Assembly: GCA_039028615.1 (NCBI GenBank)
Contig: JBCCHT010000043.1
Location: 41,503-105,502 of the forward strand
Reading direction: 5' to 3'
Length of the DNA: 64,000 bases
Origin: Myxococcota bacterium
Lineage (GTDB): Bacteria > Myxococcota_A > Polyangia > Nannocystales > Nannocystaceae
The position numbers were made by a program, and so were the translations under genes. The notes beneath the pieces were generated by a model. It made no database searches and was not told the DNA's origin. It saw only the letters and a list, made by a program, of their open reading frames with translations. Shown piece by piece: positions 9,705-20,323 of this stretch (position 1 is the stretch's first letter; every line of letters starts with the position of its first letter).

Positions 9705-10070
9705 TTGCTCGTGAATCGGGACTCTCAAACTCAGGAGCAGCAAGCAGACGAGTGCTACCCGCTCTCGTTTCCCGTACAGATCAATGGTGGGCAGCTGGGC
9801 ACCGCGGTCGGTCGCTCTCGTGACGCGTCGGCCAAAGGACTTTGTGCCGACGTCAATGCCGAGATGTCGGTCGGTGCTCCGGTCCGAGTTCGCTTTCGAG
9901 TTTCGCCTCGCGAGCGCGCTCAAGATTTCGATGGCACCGTCACTCGGATCGAACGCAACGGACACGGACAGTGGCCGTACCAGCTCGCCGTACAATTCGA
10001 TCAACCGAACGCTGCACTGGCCGCTCGGCTCCAAGCCGAGTTCGCCCATCTTCAGCCCGCCGCGCTATAG
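9705..10070 (+). CDS. Stand-alone PilZ-domain protein lacking RxxxR
   Basis: DASAKG (DxSxxG), GAPVRVRF, GTVTR, LAVQF beta-barrel pattern. Start may be GTG 9711. Confidence 0.7.
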   Translation: MLVNRDSQTQEQQADECYPLSFPVQINGGQLGTAVGRSRDASAKGLCADVNAEMSVGAPVRVRFRVSPRERAQDFDGTVTRIERNGHGQWPYQLAVQFDQPNAALAARLQAEFAHLQPAAL

Positions 10071-10088
10071 CGCGCGGGTCCGCCCCAA

Positions 10089-10133
10089 CGACGCCCGTCG
10101 TCGGACACGAGCTCGTGTCGACGCCGGGCGTCG
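10089..10133. repeat. 45-bp near-perfect inverted repeat (hairpin) downstream of the PilZ gene
   Basis: CGACGCCCG...GACACGAG|CTCGTGTC...CGGGCGTCG; the central 16 bp form a perfect palindrome. Confidence 0.65.
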
Positions 10134-10384
10134 CTGCGTCTGGGCCCGGGCTCCCGTGGTGCCCGCACCGGCCTTCAGCTCCTGAGAACACGATTCACTC
10201 CGGCATCGATCCGACCCATCGTTCCTGGGTTCAACCGAGAGGGTCTGCGACACAAAGCCCGGTTCGGAATGCGGCCACCGTCTCGCAACTGCGTGCTGCA
10301 GGGCGATAAACGCCGATGCTCGGACATTCGGCCGTGCTCATTGGGGCCGTGGAATCCAACCGGTGGGCGCTCTAGAATCAGCGA

Positions 10385-11152
10385 GTGCTGGCGCTGCTGT
10401 TCCCGCCGTCTCTCGGCCACGTCGCGGCGTCAGCGCGAGCCAGTCTGCTCAGTCAGTGGTTTGCCCGGCAGCTCGGGGTCGAAGTCGACATCCGCGTAGC
10501 CGACAGCTACGAGGCCTTGCGCGGTGCCATCGAGCAGGGCGAGGTCGACCTGGCGTGGGCCCCTCCCTTCGTGTGTGCCGCCGTGCAGGAACACGCGCAC
10601 ACGATCCTCAAGGCGAGCCGAGGGGGGCAGTCGATGTACCGCTCCGCGATCATCGCCCGCCGCGGGGAGCTGTCGACGGTGGAGGAACTTCCGGGTCGTC
10701 ACGCAGCCTGGGTCGACCGACTCTCGACCGCGGGCTACCTGCTGCCCATGGCCCGACTCCGCGGCCTGGGCTACGAGCCCGACGACACCTTCGCCTCGCA
10801 GAGCTTCATGGGTTCCTACGGCCGCGCGGTGCGGGCCGTGCTCGACCGAGACGCAGACCTGTGTGCGGTCTACGTCCGCGACGCGACCACCGAGTCCGTC
10901 GACGAGACTCTGGTCGACCTCGTCGGCGAGACCGACCAGATCCACGCCGTGGACTTCACCGCCGAAGTGCCCAGCGACGGGTTGGTCGTCGTGCAGAAGA
11001 AGGGGCATACCGAGCTCGAGCACGTCGTGGAGCGCCTACGATCGCTGAGCGATGGCCGTACCCACACGATGCTGCTGACGATCTTCGACGCCGAAGCGCT
11101 CGAGCCCGCCAAGCCCAGCGACTACGACGAGCTCCGGCTGGCCCTGCGCTAG
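10385..11152 (+). CDS. PhnD/phosphonate-type substrate-binding-fold protein
   Basis: SYEAL...GEVDLAW, YRSAII, DRLSTAGYLLP, FMGSY...VRAVL...AD, VPSD. Confidence 0.8.
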   Translation: MLALLFPPSLGHVAASARASLLSQWFARQLGVEVDIRVADSYEALRGAIEQGEVDLAWAPPFVCAAVQEHAHTILKASRGGQSMYRSAIIARRGELSTVEELPGRHAAWVDRLSTAGYLLPMARLRGLGYEPDDTFASQSFMGSYGRAVRAVLDRDADLCAVYVRDATTESVDETLVDLVGETDQIHAVDFTAEVPSDGLVVVQKKGHTELEHVVERLRSLSDGRTHTMLLTIFDAEALEPAKPSDYDELRLALR

Positions 11153-13149
11153 ATCAGCTGCACATCGGCCATGATCTCGACCAATGCGGGGCCCTCGTAG
11201 GCCAGCGCCGCGGCCAGGGCTTCGTCGAGCTGGTCGGCGCGCTCGACCCGGGCCCCGTGGGCACCGCAGATCTTCGCGTACTCGGCAAAGTTGGGGTTGT
11301 GCAGCGAGGTCTGCCACACGTGCCAGTTGCCGGCCCGCTGCTCCTTGCTGATCTTGCCCAGCTCGGCGTTGTTGACCAACACGTGGGTGATGTTCATGCC
11401 GTACTTCACCGCGGTGAGCAGCTCGCCCATGTACTGGCCAAAGCCGCCGTCGCCGGTCACGACGACCACCGGGCGCCCCGCGAAGGACGAACCCTTTTCT
11501 TGGGTCGCCGCCCAGGCCCCCATGCCCGCGGGAAAGCCAAAGCCGATGGAGCCGAGGTACCCGGACATGAGCACGGCGTGGCGCTTGCACTCGAAGTAGC
11601 GGCCGAACGAGTAGGTGTTGTTGCCGACGTCGACCGCAATGATCGCGTCCTCGGACAGGCCGCGGGTCAGCGAGTCGAAGATCGACGCCGAGCTCACGCC
11701 TTGGCCGCGGTCGTCCTGGCGACGCCGGGCCTTCTCGTCGCGCCAGATGGCCCAGCGCTCGGCGATCTGCGGCCGTTGGTCTTCGGTGTGGCTCACCTCG
11801 CCCAGGCGCTCACTCAACGCGGCCACCGTCACCGAAATCTCACCCCACACGGGGATGTCGACGGGGTGGAACTTGCCCAGCATCATCGGATCGAAGTCGA
11901 CCTGGATGATGGGCAGCTTGGGGGTGATGCCCGTGTGATTGCTGAAGCTCGCCCCGAGCACGAGCAGGCAATCGGACTCGTTCATGAAGTAGCTGGCGAT
12001 GGGCGTGCCGCTGCGCCCCAGCACGCCGCAGCCCAGGGGGTGGTCATCGGCGATCTGGCCCTTGGCCTTGAAGGTGGTGATGACCGGGCACTGCAGCTGC
12101 TCGGCCAGCGCGGTGACGGCCTCCATGTCGAAGCGCGCACCGTGGCCCACGATGATGACCGGGCGCTTGCTGTGAGAGAGCTTGTCGACCGCGGCGTCGA
12201 GGGCCTCGGGCGGCGGCGCGATGGTGCGAGGCGTCAGCCGCCCCTGGGGCCCCCCCGGCTTGGCGCCCTCGGCCGCAGGCAGGGTCTGGACCTCGTCGGG
12301 GAAGATGAGGTGCGAGACACCACGGTTGAGGATGGCGCTCTTGCTCGCGAGGTTCATCAGCTCGGCGTGCTTGCTGCCGTGCATCACCGACTGTGACCAC
12401 TGGGCGACCTTGCCGAAGGCGGCGACGAGGTCGACCTCTTGGAACGCACCCGGGCCGAGCACCTGCGTGTCGACCTGACCGGTCAGCGCGAGCACGGGCG
12501 AGCGGTCGACGTTGGCGTCCCAGAGCCCGGTGAGCAGGTTGGTCGCGCCCGGGCCCGCGATGGCCAGGCACGCCGCCGGCCGCCCGGTGAGCTTGCCGTA
12601 GGCGGAAGCGGCAAAGGAGGCCGCGCCCTCGTGGCGAATGCCGAAATAGCGCAGGTTGCCCTCTTCCTCTTGGACGCGCAGCGCGTCGGCGAGGCCGAGG
12701 TTGGAGTGGCCCACCATGCCGAAGACGGTGGTCACCCCCCAGGCGACCATGGTCTCCGCCATCACGTCGCTCACCGTGCGGACGTGGGGGAGCTCCTCTT
12801 CGATGGCCACGTAGACGCCATCGTCACGGACCTCGACTTGGAAGGTGTCGACGCCGTCGTCGAAGTCACCGGGAGAGCGACCGGTGGTGGGGTCGTAGTC
12901 CCAGCCATGCCAGGGGCAGCGCAGCAGGCCGTTTTCGATCGACCCCTCGCCGAGCGGGCCGCCCTGGTGTGGACAGCGGTTGTCGAGCGCCGCGAACTCG
13001 CCCTTGAAGTGCGTCATGCACAGGGTCTCGAGCCCGCAGGTCACCGTCTTGACGCGGCCCTCGGGGAGCTCGCTGACGTCGAGCGCCTTGTGCCACACGA
13101 GGTGGACCTTGCCGTCGCGCTTGTCCGTGTCCTTGCTGCCTTCACTCAT
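11149..13149 (-). CDS. ThDP-dependent pyruvate oxidase/acetolactate-synthase-like enzyme with N-terminal Rieske [2Fe-2S] domain
   Basis: Rieske CPHQGG...CPWHG; IRHEGAA (catalytic Glu); GPGATN; ThDP motif GDGG...NN. Confidence 0.9.
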   Translation of the reverse strand: MSEGSKDTDKRDGKVHLVWHKALDVSELPEGRVKTVTCGLETLCMTHFKGEFAALDNRCPHQGGPLGEGSIENGLLRCPWHGWDYDPTTGRSPGDFDDGVDTFQVEVRDDGVYVAIEEELPHVRTVSDVMAETMVAWGVTTVFGMVGHSNLGLADALRVQEEEGNLRYFGIRHEGAASFAASAYGKLTGRPAACLAIAGPGATNLLTGLWDANVDRSPVLALTGQVDTQVLGPGAFQEVDLVAAFGKVAQWSQSVMHGSKHAELMNLASKSAILNRGVSHLIFPDEVQTLPAAEGAKPGGPQGRLTPRTIAPPPEALDAAVDKLSHSKRPVIIVGHGARFDMEAVTALAEQLQCPVITTFKAKGQIADDHPLGCGVLGRSGTPIASYFMNESDCLLVLGASFSNHTGITPKLPIIQVDFDPMMLGKFHPVDIPVWGEISVTVAALSERLGEVSHTEDQRPQIAERWAIWRDEKARRRQDDRGQGVSSASIFDSLTRGLSEDAIIAVDVGNNTYSFGRYFECKRHAVLMSGYLGSIGFGFPAGMGAWAATQEKGSSFAGRPVVVVTGDGGFGQYMGELLTAVKYGMNITHVLVNNAELGKISKEQRAGNWHVWQTSLHNPNFAEYAKICGAHGARVERADQLDEALAAALAYEGPALVEIMADVQLI

Positions 13150-13152
13150 GCC

Positions 13153-14037
13153 TCACCCCTTGCCTTGGTTGGAGAGCTCCACGCCGGCCGCGTGGGCCGT
13201 GGAGATGAAGCGAAGCAGGCCCTCCGCCCTCGCCTCGCCGCCGTCGATCTCGAGCAGTCGATCGCCACGGAGCACCGCGCCAGTCCAGCCCTCGGTATGC
13301 CACTGCCCCCCGGCGGGCAACTCCGGCAGCTCGGCCCCCTGCGGTGCCGGCCAGGGATTGACGTAGACGTAGGGCTGGGCGTAGCTGCCGTCGCCCAGGC
13401 TCACGCCGGCCCCCACCGAGCGCATCGACTCGCCCTCGCCTTCGAGCACGTGCAGCGAGGCCATGTCGAAGTGGTGCGGCCACAGCAAGATCGCCCCCGC
13501 CTCGGGGTGCGTGCCACGGAACCATTGCAGGGTCGCATCGGCCAGCTCGAGCCACGCCGCCAGTTCTTTGCCGTGCGCGACGGCGGGCTCCTCGAAGCTC
13601 GCCCCGTCGGCCACCGGGTGGGCGGGCACATCCCCGAGGTGTCCGGGCCTGACGACCGAGCCACTCAGCTCGATGCCCGCCTCCTGGATCGCCGTCTCCA
13701 GCCAGCCGAAGGCCTCGTCGAGGGTCCGCCCCCGCAGGGGAAAGTGCGCGAGCCGGTCATCGTCGCGCCACAGCCCCAGGGCAAAGCCGGTCACGTCGAG
13801 CGCGGCGTAGATGCCCGTTTCCGGCTCTTTGTCGGTGGCCAGGGTGCCGTGGGCCGCGACCCAGTGCAGCGCGGTATGGCTGTAGTCGTCACGGGCAGGC
13901 AGTACGGAGAACCCGAACGATGCCACCGGTTGAGACGCCCAGTGCAGCGTCAGTCGAGACCCGGCCAGCTCGGTCGCAGGCACCGACCCCAGGGTGGCGA
14001 GCAGGGAGGAGGACGGGGGAACGGCGGTCGTCGTCAT
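13153..14037 (-). CDS. Conserved hypothetical protein (WPHHFD motif, DUF5996-like)
   Basis: Typical codon usage, GGAG RBS, motifs DDYSHTAL, LWPHHFD, PYVYVNPWP, WHTEGWTGAVL. Stop lies 3 nt from the next start. Confidence 0.7.
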   Translation of the reverse strand: MTTTAVPPSSSLLATLGSVPATELAGSRLTLHWASQPVASFGFSVLPARDDYSHTALHWVAAHGTLATDKEPETGIYAALDVTGFALGLWRDDDRLAHFPLRGRTLDEAFGWLETAIQEAGIELSGSVVRPGHLGDVPAHPVADGASFEEPAVAHGKELAAWLELADATLQWFRGTHPEAGAILLWPHHFDMASLHVLEGEGESMRSVGAGVSLGDGSYAQPYVYVNPWPAPQGAELPELPAGGQWHTEGWTGAVLRGDRLLEIDGGEARAEGLLRFISTAHAAGVELSNQGKG

Positions 14038-14104
14038 CGGCTCTCCGCGGCAATACGCTGCGACCCTCGCAACAGTTACCGCATCCTAACGCCCACACGG
14101 CGGC

Positions 14105-16495
14105 TCACGTCCGCTTGCTGGCCCGCATCACCCGGACCAAATCGGCCTCGTCTTCGGCGAAGGCCACCAGGCGATCGCCGGGCTCGATCTCCAAGTCGAG
14201 CCCGGGATTGACCAGCAGTCGCTTCTGCAGCTCGCCCTGCGGCGACGAGCCCTCGAGCGCCTCCGCGTCGTAGGCGTGCACCGCATTGGTCGCCCGATAG
14301 AGGCCCAGCGGGATGATGCCCGCGCGTGACTCGAGCCCGTACACGGTTCTTCGGACCGTTCGCCAGGTCTCGCCGTGGAACCACTCGGGCAGGGGCACGG
14401 TGTAGACCTCGGAGTTGTCATCCCGAAACGAGACGGCGCCGTTGAAGATCTCGGCGAACCCCGGGTCCACGCTGGCGGTCGCCATCCAGCTGTCGGCCAG
14501 CTCGCGCCCCTGCACGGGGATGAGCCAGCGGCGGAAGGGGTCGAAGATCTCCTCGGGGTCTTCGTCGGTGGCCTCGGCGAGGGTGACGGGCAGCGAGTGC
14601 TCCTTGCCCACGTCGTCGCCCGCCAGCGCCGGGTGCTGGAGCGGAGGGGCGACCGAAAAGCCGGTCTTGCCCAGCTCGGGACCCAGCTGCGAGCCGTGGT
14701 GCTCGAACTTGCTGCACGCCTGGTGCACCGCCCGAGCGATGCGCAGCGGGTGATAGCGCGGCCCCTGTTCTTCGTGGTCGGGGCTCTTGAGCACGATGAC
14801 CCGCGCCGCCCGGGGGATCCGCAGGCCCGCCAGGTCCTCGGGCACCTCGGGGTTCTGGTGATAGATGGTCAGCCCCTTCACCCGCGCCAGCTGCAGGCGA
14901 ACCCGCCGGGGCAGGGTGTCGGAGACGACCACGTGGATCGGCCGCGAGCGCGTCGGCCCCGGGCTCCGCAGCATGCGGATGAGCTGCAGCATGTCCTCGC
15001 GGAAGTTGAGGATCACGATGTGGTTGCGCAGCCGACGGAAGATCCGGGTCTGGTCGCGCGAGAAGATGTTGGTCAGCGCCGCGGTGAACCAGGCGAGTGA
15101 CCCGAGGCCGGCGATGGTCGCCATGGCCCCGATGAAGCGCGCCGTCGAGGACTTGAGCGCCTCCGTATCGAAGTTGCCCGTGGCGAACATGTTCATCTCC
15201 CAGAACGAGTCGTTCAGGGTGCGCACGCGGGCGTTGGAGTCGTGCTCGATGGTCCACACCAAGAAGGTGGCGAGCATGACGATGGTGACGAAGCCGGCGA
15301 AGGGGATCAGCGGGTTGGACAGCTGCCCCTCGAGGTTGGCCTCGAGCGGATCCTTGAGCAGACCGCGGCGCTTGAGCAGCCGCCGCACGAAGAACACCAG
15401 CAGGCCGAGGCCGATGGCCATGGCCAGGTTGCGGAGCCAGCGGGACCGGATCTCGTCGCGCTCGCGCTGCTCGGACACCCGATGCAAGGGGATCGGCTCC
15501 TGCTCGGCAAAGTCGCGCCAGCGGTGCTGGATGCCCAGCGCGTTGTGATCGGGGTGCTGCTCGACCCAGTGCACCGCATCGAGCAGCGCATTGACGGCGA
15601 AGTCGATTTCCTCGGCCCGATCGTCGGGCGGCAACGAGGTCAGCAGCACCGTGGTCACGCACACGGTGGGCACCGCGTAGTCGAGGCCGGGATAGGTGTC
15701 GGCCTCGATCTGGCACACGCGGTAATAGGGGTAGCCGTCGATGAGGCGATCGAGCACCTCGTCGGGCAGCGGGTTGACCGTGGCCACGCCGCTGCCGACC
15801 ACCTGGGCGATGATTTCGTGGCCGGGCTCGGTGGTGCGCAGCATGACCCGCAGGTCGCCGCTGCGCAGGGCCTTGAACGCGGCCGAGCTGCCGCTCTGCT
15901 GGAGCTGGAGTTCCTCGGGCGTCAGCCCGGCCGCCCCCACCAGCACCTTGGCCGTCTCGAAGCTGCCCGAGCCGTCCTTGCCCATGAACAGGCGATGCTT
16001 GGAGAGATCGGTGAACGAGTCCAGTCGCAGCGGGCGACGCACGAGCACGTGCACCGCCCCGTCGGTCATGGCGGAGATGAGGCGCAGGTGCGAGCCGTGG
16101 GCATCCTCGGCGGAGACCTTGCACATGAAGCCGCCGGCCTTCTCGAGCGCCACTTCGTCGGACTCGCCTTCGTCGAGCGCATGGTGGGCGGCCTCGCTGG
16201 CCTTGAACGCCTCGGCGGCCACGTCGTACTGCACCAAGGCAAAGTCGAGCTGGCCCTGCAGCAGCCGATGGATGTTGTCGCAGGACCCCTTGGTGTTGTG
16301 GATGTCGATGCTGATCTTCTCGCCGGTATGCTCGAGGCCTTCGGCCACCGCCTTGGAGATCCGGGTGAACCCGCCCGTCTTGCTGCCCGCGCCCCAGCGA
16401 TAAGTGGGCGTGTCCGCGAAGGCCCGCTGCGGGATCGAGCCCAGCAGCAGCACCCACGGGAGCATCAGCACCAGGCGTCGGATCGAGTCCCTCAT
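14105..16495 (-). CDS. Fusion of TAXI-family solute-binding domain, pore-loop ion channel and RCK domain (796 aa)
   Basis: Real start MRDSIRR at 16495 (ATGA overlap). Signal peptide; TAXI motifs TKGSCDN, DFALVQYD, GKDGSGS, DTYPG...VPT, PIPLH; TM; M1; pore helix DSFWEMNMFA; TGNFD; M2; RCK NHIVILNF...VNPG...GDRLVAFA. Confidence 0.8.
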   Translation of the reverse strand: MRDSIRRLVLMLPWVLLLGSIPQRAFADTPTYRWGAGSKTGGFTRISKAVAEGLEHTGEKISIDIHNTKGSCDNIHRLLQGQLDFALVQYDVAAEAFKASEAAHHALDEGESDEVALEKAGGFMCKVSAEDAHGSHLRLISAMTDGAVHVLVRRPLRLDSFTDLSKHRLFMGKDGSGSFETAKVLVGAAGLTPEELQLQQSGSSAAFKALRSGDLRVMLRTTEPGHEIIAQVVGSGVATVNPLPDEVLDRLIDGYPYYRVCQIEADTYPGLDYAVPTVCVTTVLLTSLPPDDRAEEIDFAVNALLDAVHWVEQHPDHNALGIQHRWRDFAEQEPIPLHRVSEQRERDEIRSRWLRNLAMAIGLGLLVFFVRRLLKRRGLLKDPLEANLEGQLSNPLIPFAGFVTIVMLATFLVWTIEHDSNARVRTLNDSFWEMNMFATGNFDTEALKSSTARFIGAMATIAGLGSLAWFTAALTNIFSRDQTRIFRRLRNHIVILNFREDMLQLIRMLRSPGPTRSRPIHVVVSDTLPRRVRLQLARVKGLTIYHQNPEVPEDLAGLRIPRAARVIVLKSPDHEEQGPRYHPLRIARAVHQACSKFEHHGSQLGPELGKTGFSVAPPLQHPALAGDDVGKEHSLPVTLAEATDEDPEEIFDPFRRWLIPVQGRELADSWMATASVDPGFAEIFNGAVSFRDDNSEVYTVPLPEWFHGETWRTVRRTVYGLESRAGIIPLGLYRATNAVHAYDAEALEGSSPQGELQKRLLVNPGLDLEIEPGDRLVAFAEDEADLVRVMRASKRT

Positions 16496-17253
16496 GCGTC
16501 CACCAGCACCAGCAGGCCCGCCGCGTCGCGCACGGGGTGACGGGGACCGGGGTTGATCACCAGCGCGGGGTCGTCCCCCGGCTCGCTCGGGGGCAGCTGC
16601 AGGCCGATGGGCGTCACCGGGCGCCCCTGCTCGTCGCTCTCCACATCGCGAGCCACATCGAAGAAGCTGCCCTCGCGCCACTGCGGCTGGACCTCCCACA
16701 GCCGCACGCGATAGCGACCACGCAGCAGCCCGTAGACGAACTGGAACACGCCCAGATCGACGCACGCGTGGGCCAGCAGAGCCGCCCGCAGATAGCCGGG
16801 ATAGAACACGGTGGCGACGCCGAGCCCCGCGAACTCGTAGGCGGCTTCGGGGTCCTCGACCTCGACGAGGATGTTGGGCACCGCACCGGAGCTGCAGGCC
16901 CGTGCCACCGCCACGCAGGTGAGGCGGGACGCGGCATCGGGCTCTTCGGCGAAGCGATCGGGCAGCACGATCACCGAGCGTGCCGACGCGATGTCGACCT
17001 GCTTGCGGAGCGTCCGCGCCAGCGGATCGAGGCCTTCGGCCAACCCGGGCGCCTGGACGTACCGCAGCAGCGATCGCGCCGAGCTGTCGGACAAGGCCTG
17101 CTCGACGTCGGCGGCGGCCTCGGTCCCCACACACACCACGGGCGGCAGCTCACCGGGCGAAGGGGGCGCCACTTGGGCCAGGGCTCGGACCAGTCCCTGT
17201 GCTTCGGGTGACCAGTTGATGATCACCATGGGAGCGTAGGGCTTGTCCGTCAC
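16492..17253 (-). CDS. Stand-alone RCK (TrkA-like N+C) regulatory domain protein
   Basis: MVIINWS, ARSVIVLPD, PDAAS, ILVEVEDPE, LLAHACVDLG, PIGL, VINPG. No TM segment. Stop overlaps the channel-gene start. Confidence 0.75.
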   Translation of the reverse strand: MTDKPYAPMVIINWSPEAQGLVRALAQVAPPSPGELPPVVCVGTEAAADVEQALSDSSARSLLRYVQAPGLAEGLDPLARTLRKQVDIASARSVIVLPDRFAEEPDAASRLTCVAVARACSSGAVPNILVEVEDPEAAYEFAGLGVATVFYPGYLRAALLAHACVDLGVFQFVYGLLRGRYRVRLWEVQPQWREGSFFDVARDVESDEQGRPVTPIGLQLPPSEPGDDPALVINPGPRHPVRDAAGLLVLVDA

Positions 17254-17352
17254 CGTACCTTCGTCGATCGGGAACGCACGATGCCCCCAATCCCTTCATG
17301 GGTCAAGACACGCCCATGCTAGGCTTTCCCTTCGTCGCCCGGGCGCCGCCGC

Positions 17353-18177
17353 ATGCCCCCCACCGAGTTCCTGGTCTTGGGCCTGGTGGCCCTGCTCTCG
17401 TTTGGGCTGAGTTACCTCGGCGCATCGGTGGGCTTGGTGTTCGGGCAGCTGCGCCTGCCGATCCTCGTGTACTGGCTGGGCTCGCCCGTCGTGGGGGCCG
17501 CCACCAGTCTGTGCATCTCGGCCGTGGCTGCGCTGGTGGGCGCGGCTCGACACGCCCGCGCGGGACGGGTCGACCCGCGGCTGTTGGTGACGATCGCCGT
17601 TCCGTCGGCCATCGCCGCGTGGCTGTCCGCTCAGATCGCCCCGCGCCTCGACCCCGGCCTCGTCAAGCTCTTCATCGGCCTGACCTTGGTCATCACCGGC
17701 TTGGTGATGCTGTGGTCGATGGCCCGGAGCCGACGCGAGGCGCTCGAGCGCAAGGGGCACGACGGCGCCGACGAGGTTGTCGACGACGATCCCCCCGAGG
17801 ACGACGCGGCCCCACGGCCGCAGCTGGTGGCCGAGGTAGGTGTAGGCGCGAGCTTGGGCGCCATCGCGGGTGTTGTGGGGCTCCTGCTCGGCACCCTGCG
17901 ATTGCCCGCCATGATGAAGCTCGGGGTCCAGGCCGACCGCGCCGTCGGCACCAACATGGCGATCGGCAGCATCACCGGGCTGGTTGCCGGAACGGCGGCC
18001 ATGACCGAGGGGAACGTCGACCTGTGGGCATTCGGGGTGATCACCCCCGCCACCATGATCGGGGCCTATCTCGGCGCCAGCACCACGGGCAAGCTCGACA
18101 AGGCGACCCTCCGCAAGCTCATCGCCTGGTCGCTGCTCGGGCTGGGAAGTTGGATGGCCGCCGAGCCTTGGTGGTGA
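17353..18177 (+). CDS. TauE/SafE (TSUP) family membrane exporter
   Basis: Multiple hydrophobic segments, AATSL, AVGTN, GAYLGA two-repeat pattern. Confidence 0.85.
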   Translation: MPPTEFLVLGLVALLSFGLSYLGASVGLVFGQLRLPILVYWLGSPVVGAATSLCISAVAALVGAARHARAGRVDPRLLVTIAVPSAIAAWLSAQIAPRLDPGLVKLFIGLTLVITGLVMLWSMARSRREALERKGHDGADEVVDDDPPEDDAAPRPQLVAEVGVGASLGAIAGVVGLLLGTLRLPAMMKLGVQADRAVGTNMAIGSITGLVAGTAAMTEGNVDLWAFGVITPATMIGAYLGASTTGKLDKATLRKLIAWSLLGLGSWMAAEPWW

Positions 18178-18310
18178 GCCGAACGACGTTGAGGGAAGAT
18201 GCGCGTGATCGAGCGCCACCGATCCCAATTCAAGCCTCTTGCACGTCCATTGACTTGTCTGGGACCATTTGTGGGTATTTCAGCCGATTTCGGCCAGCCC
18301 GCTCACGCAC

Positions 18311-20320
<2,010 letters not shown>

Positions 20321-20323
20321 GGC

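Noticed and set aside
16496..17134. 213-aa N-terminal extension of the 1009-aa ORF
   Set aside because: It overlaps the real RCK gene in another frame. The signal peptide begins at ATG 16495.
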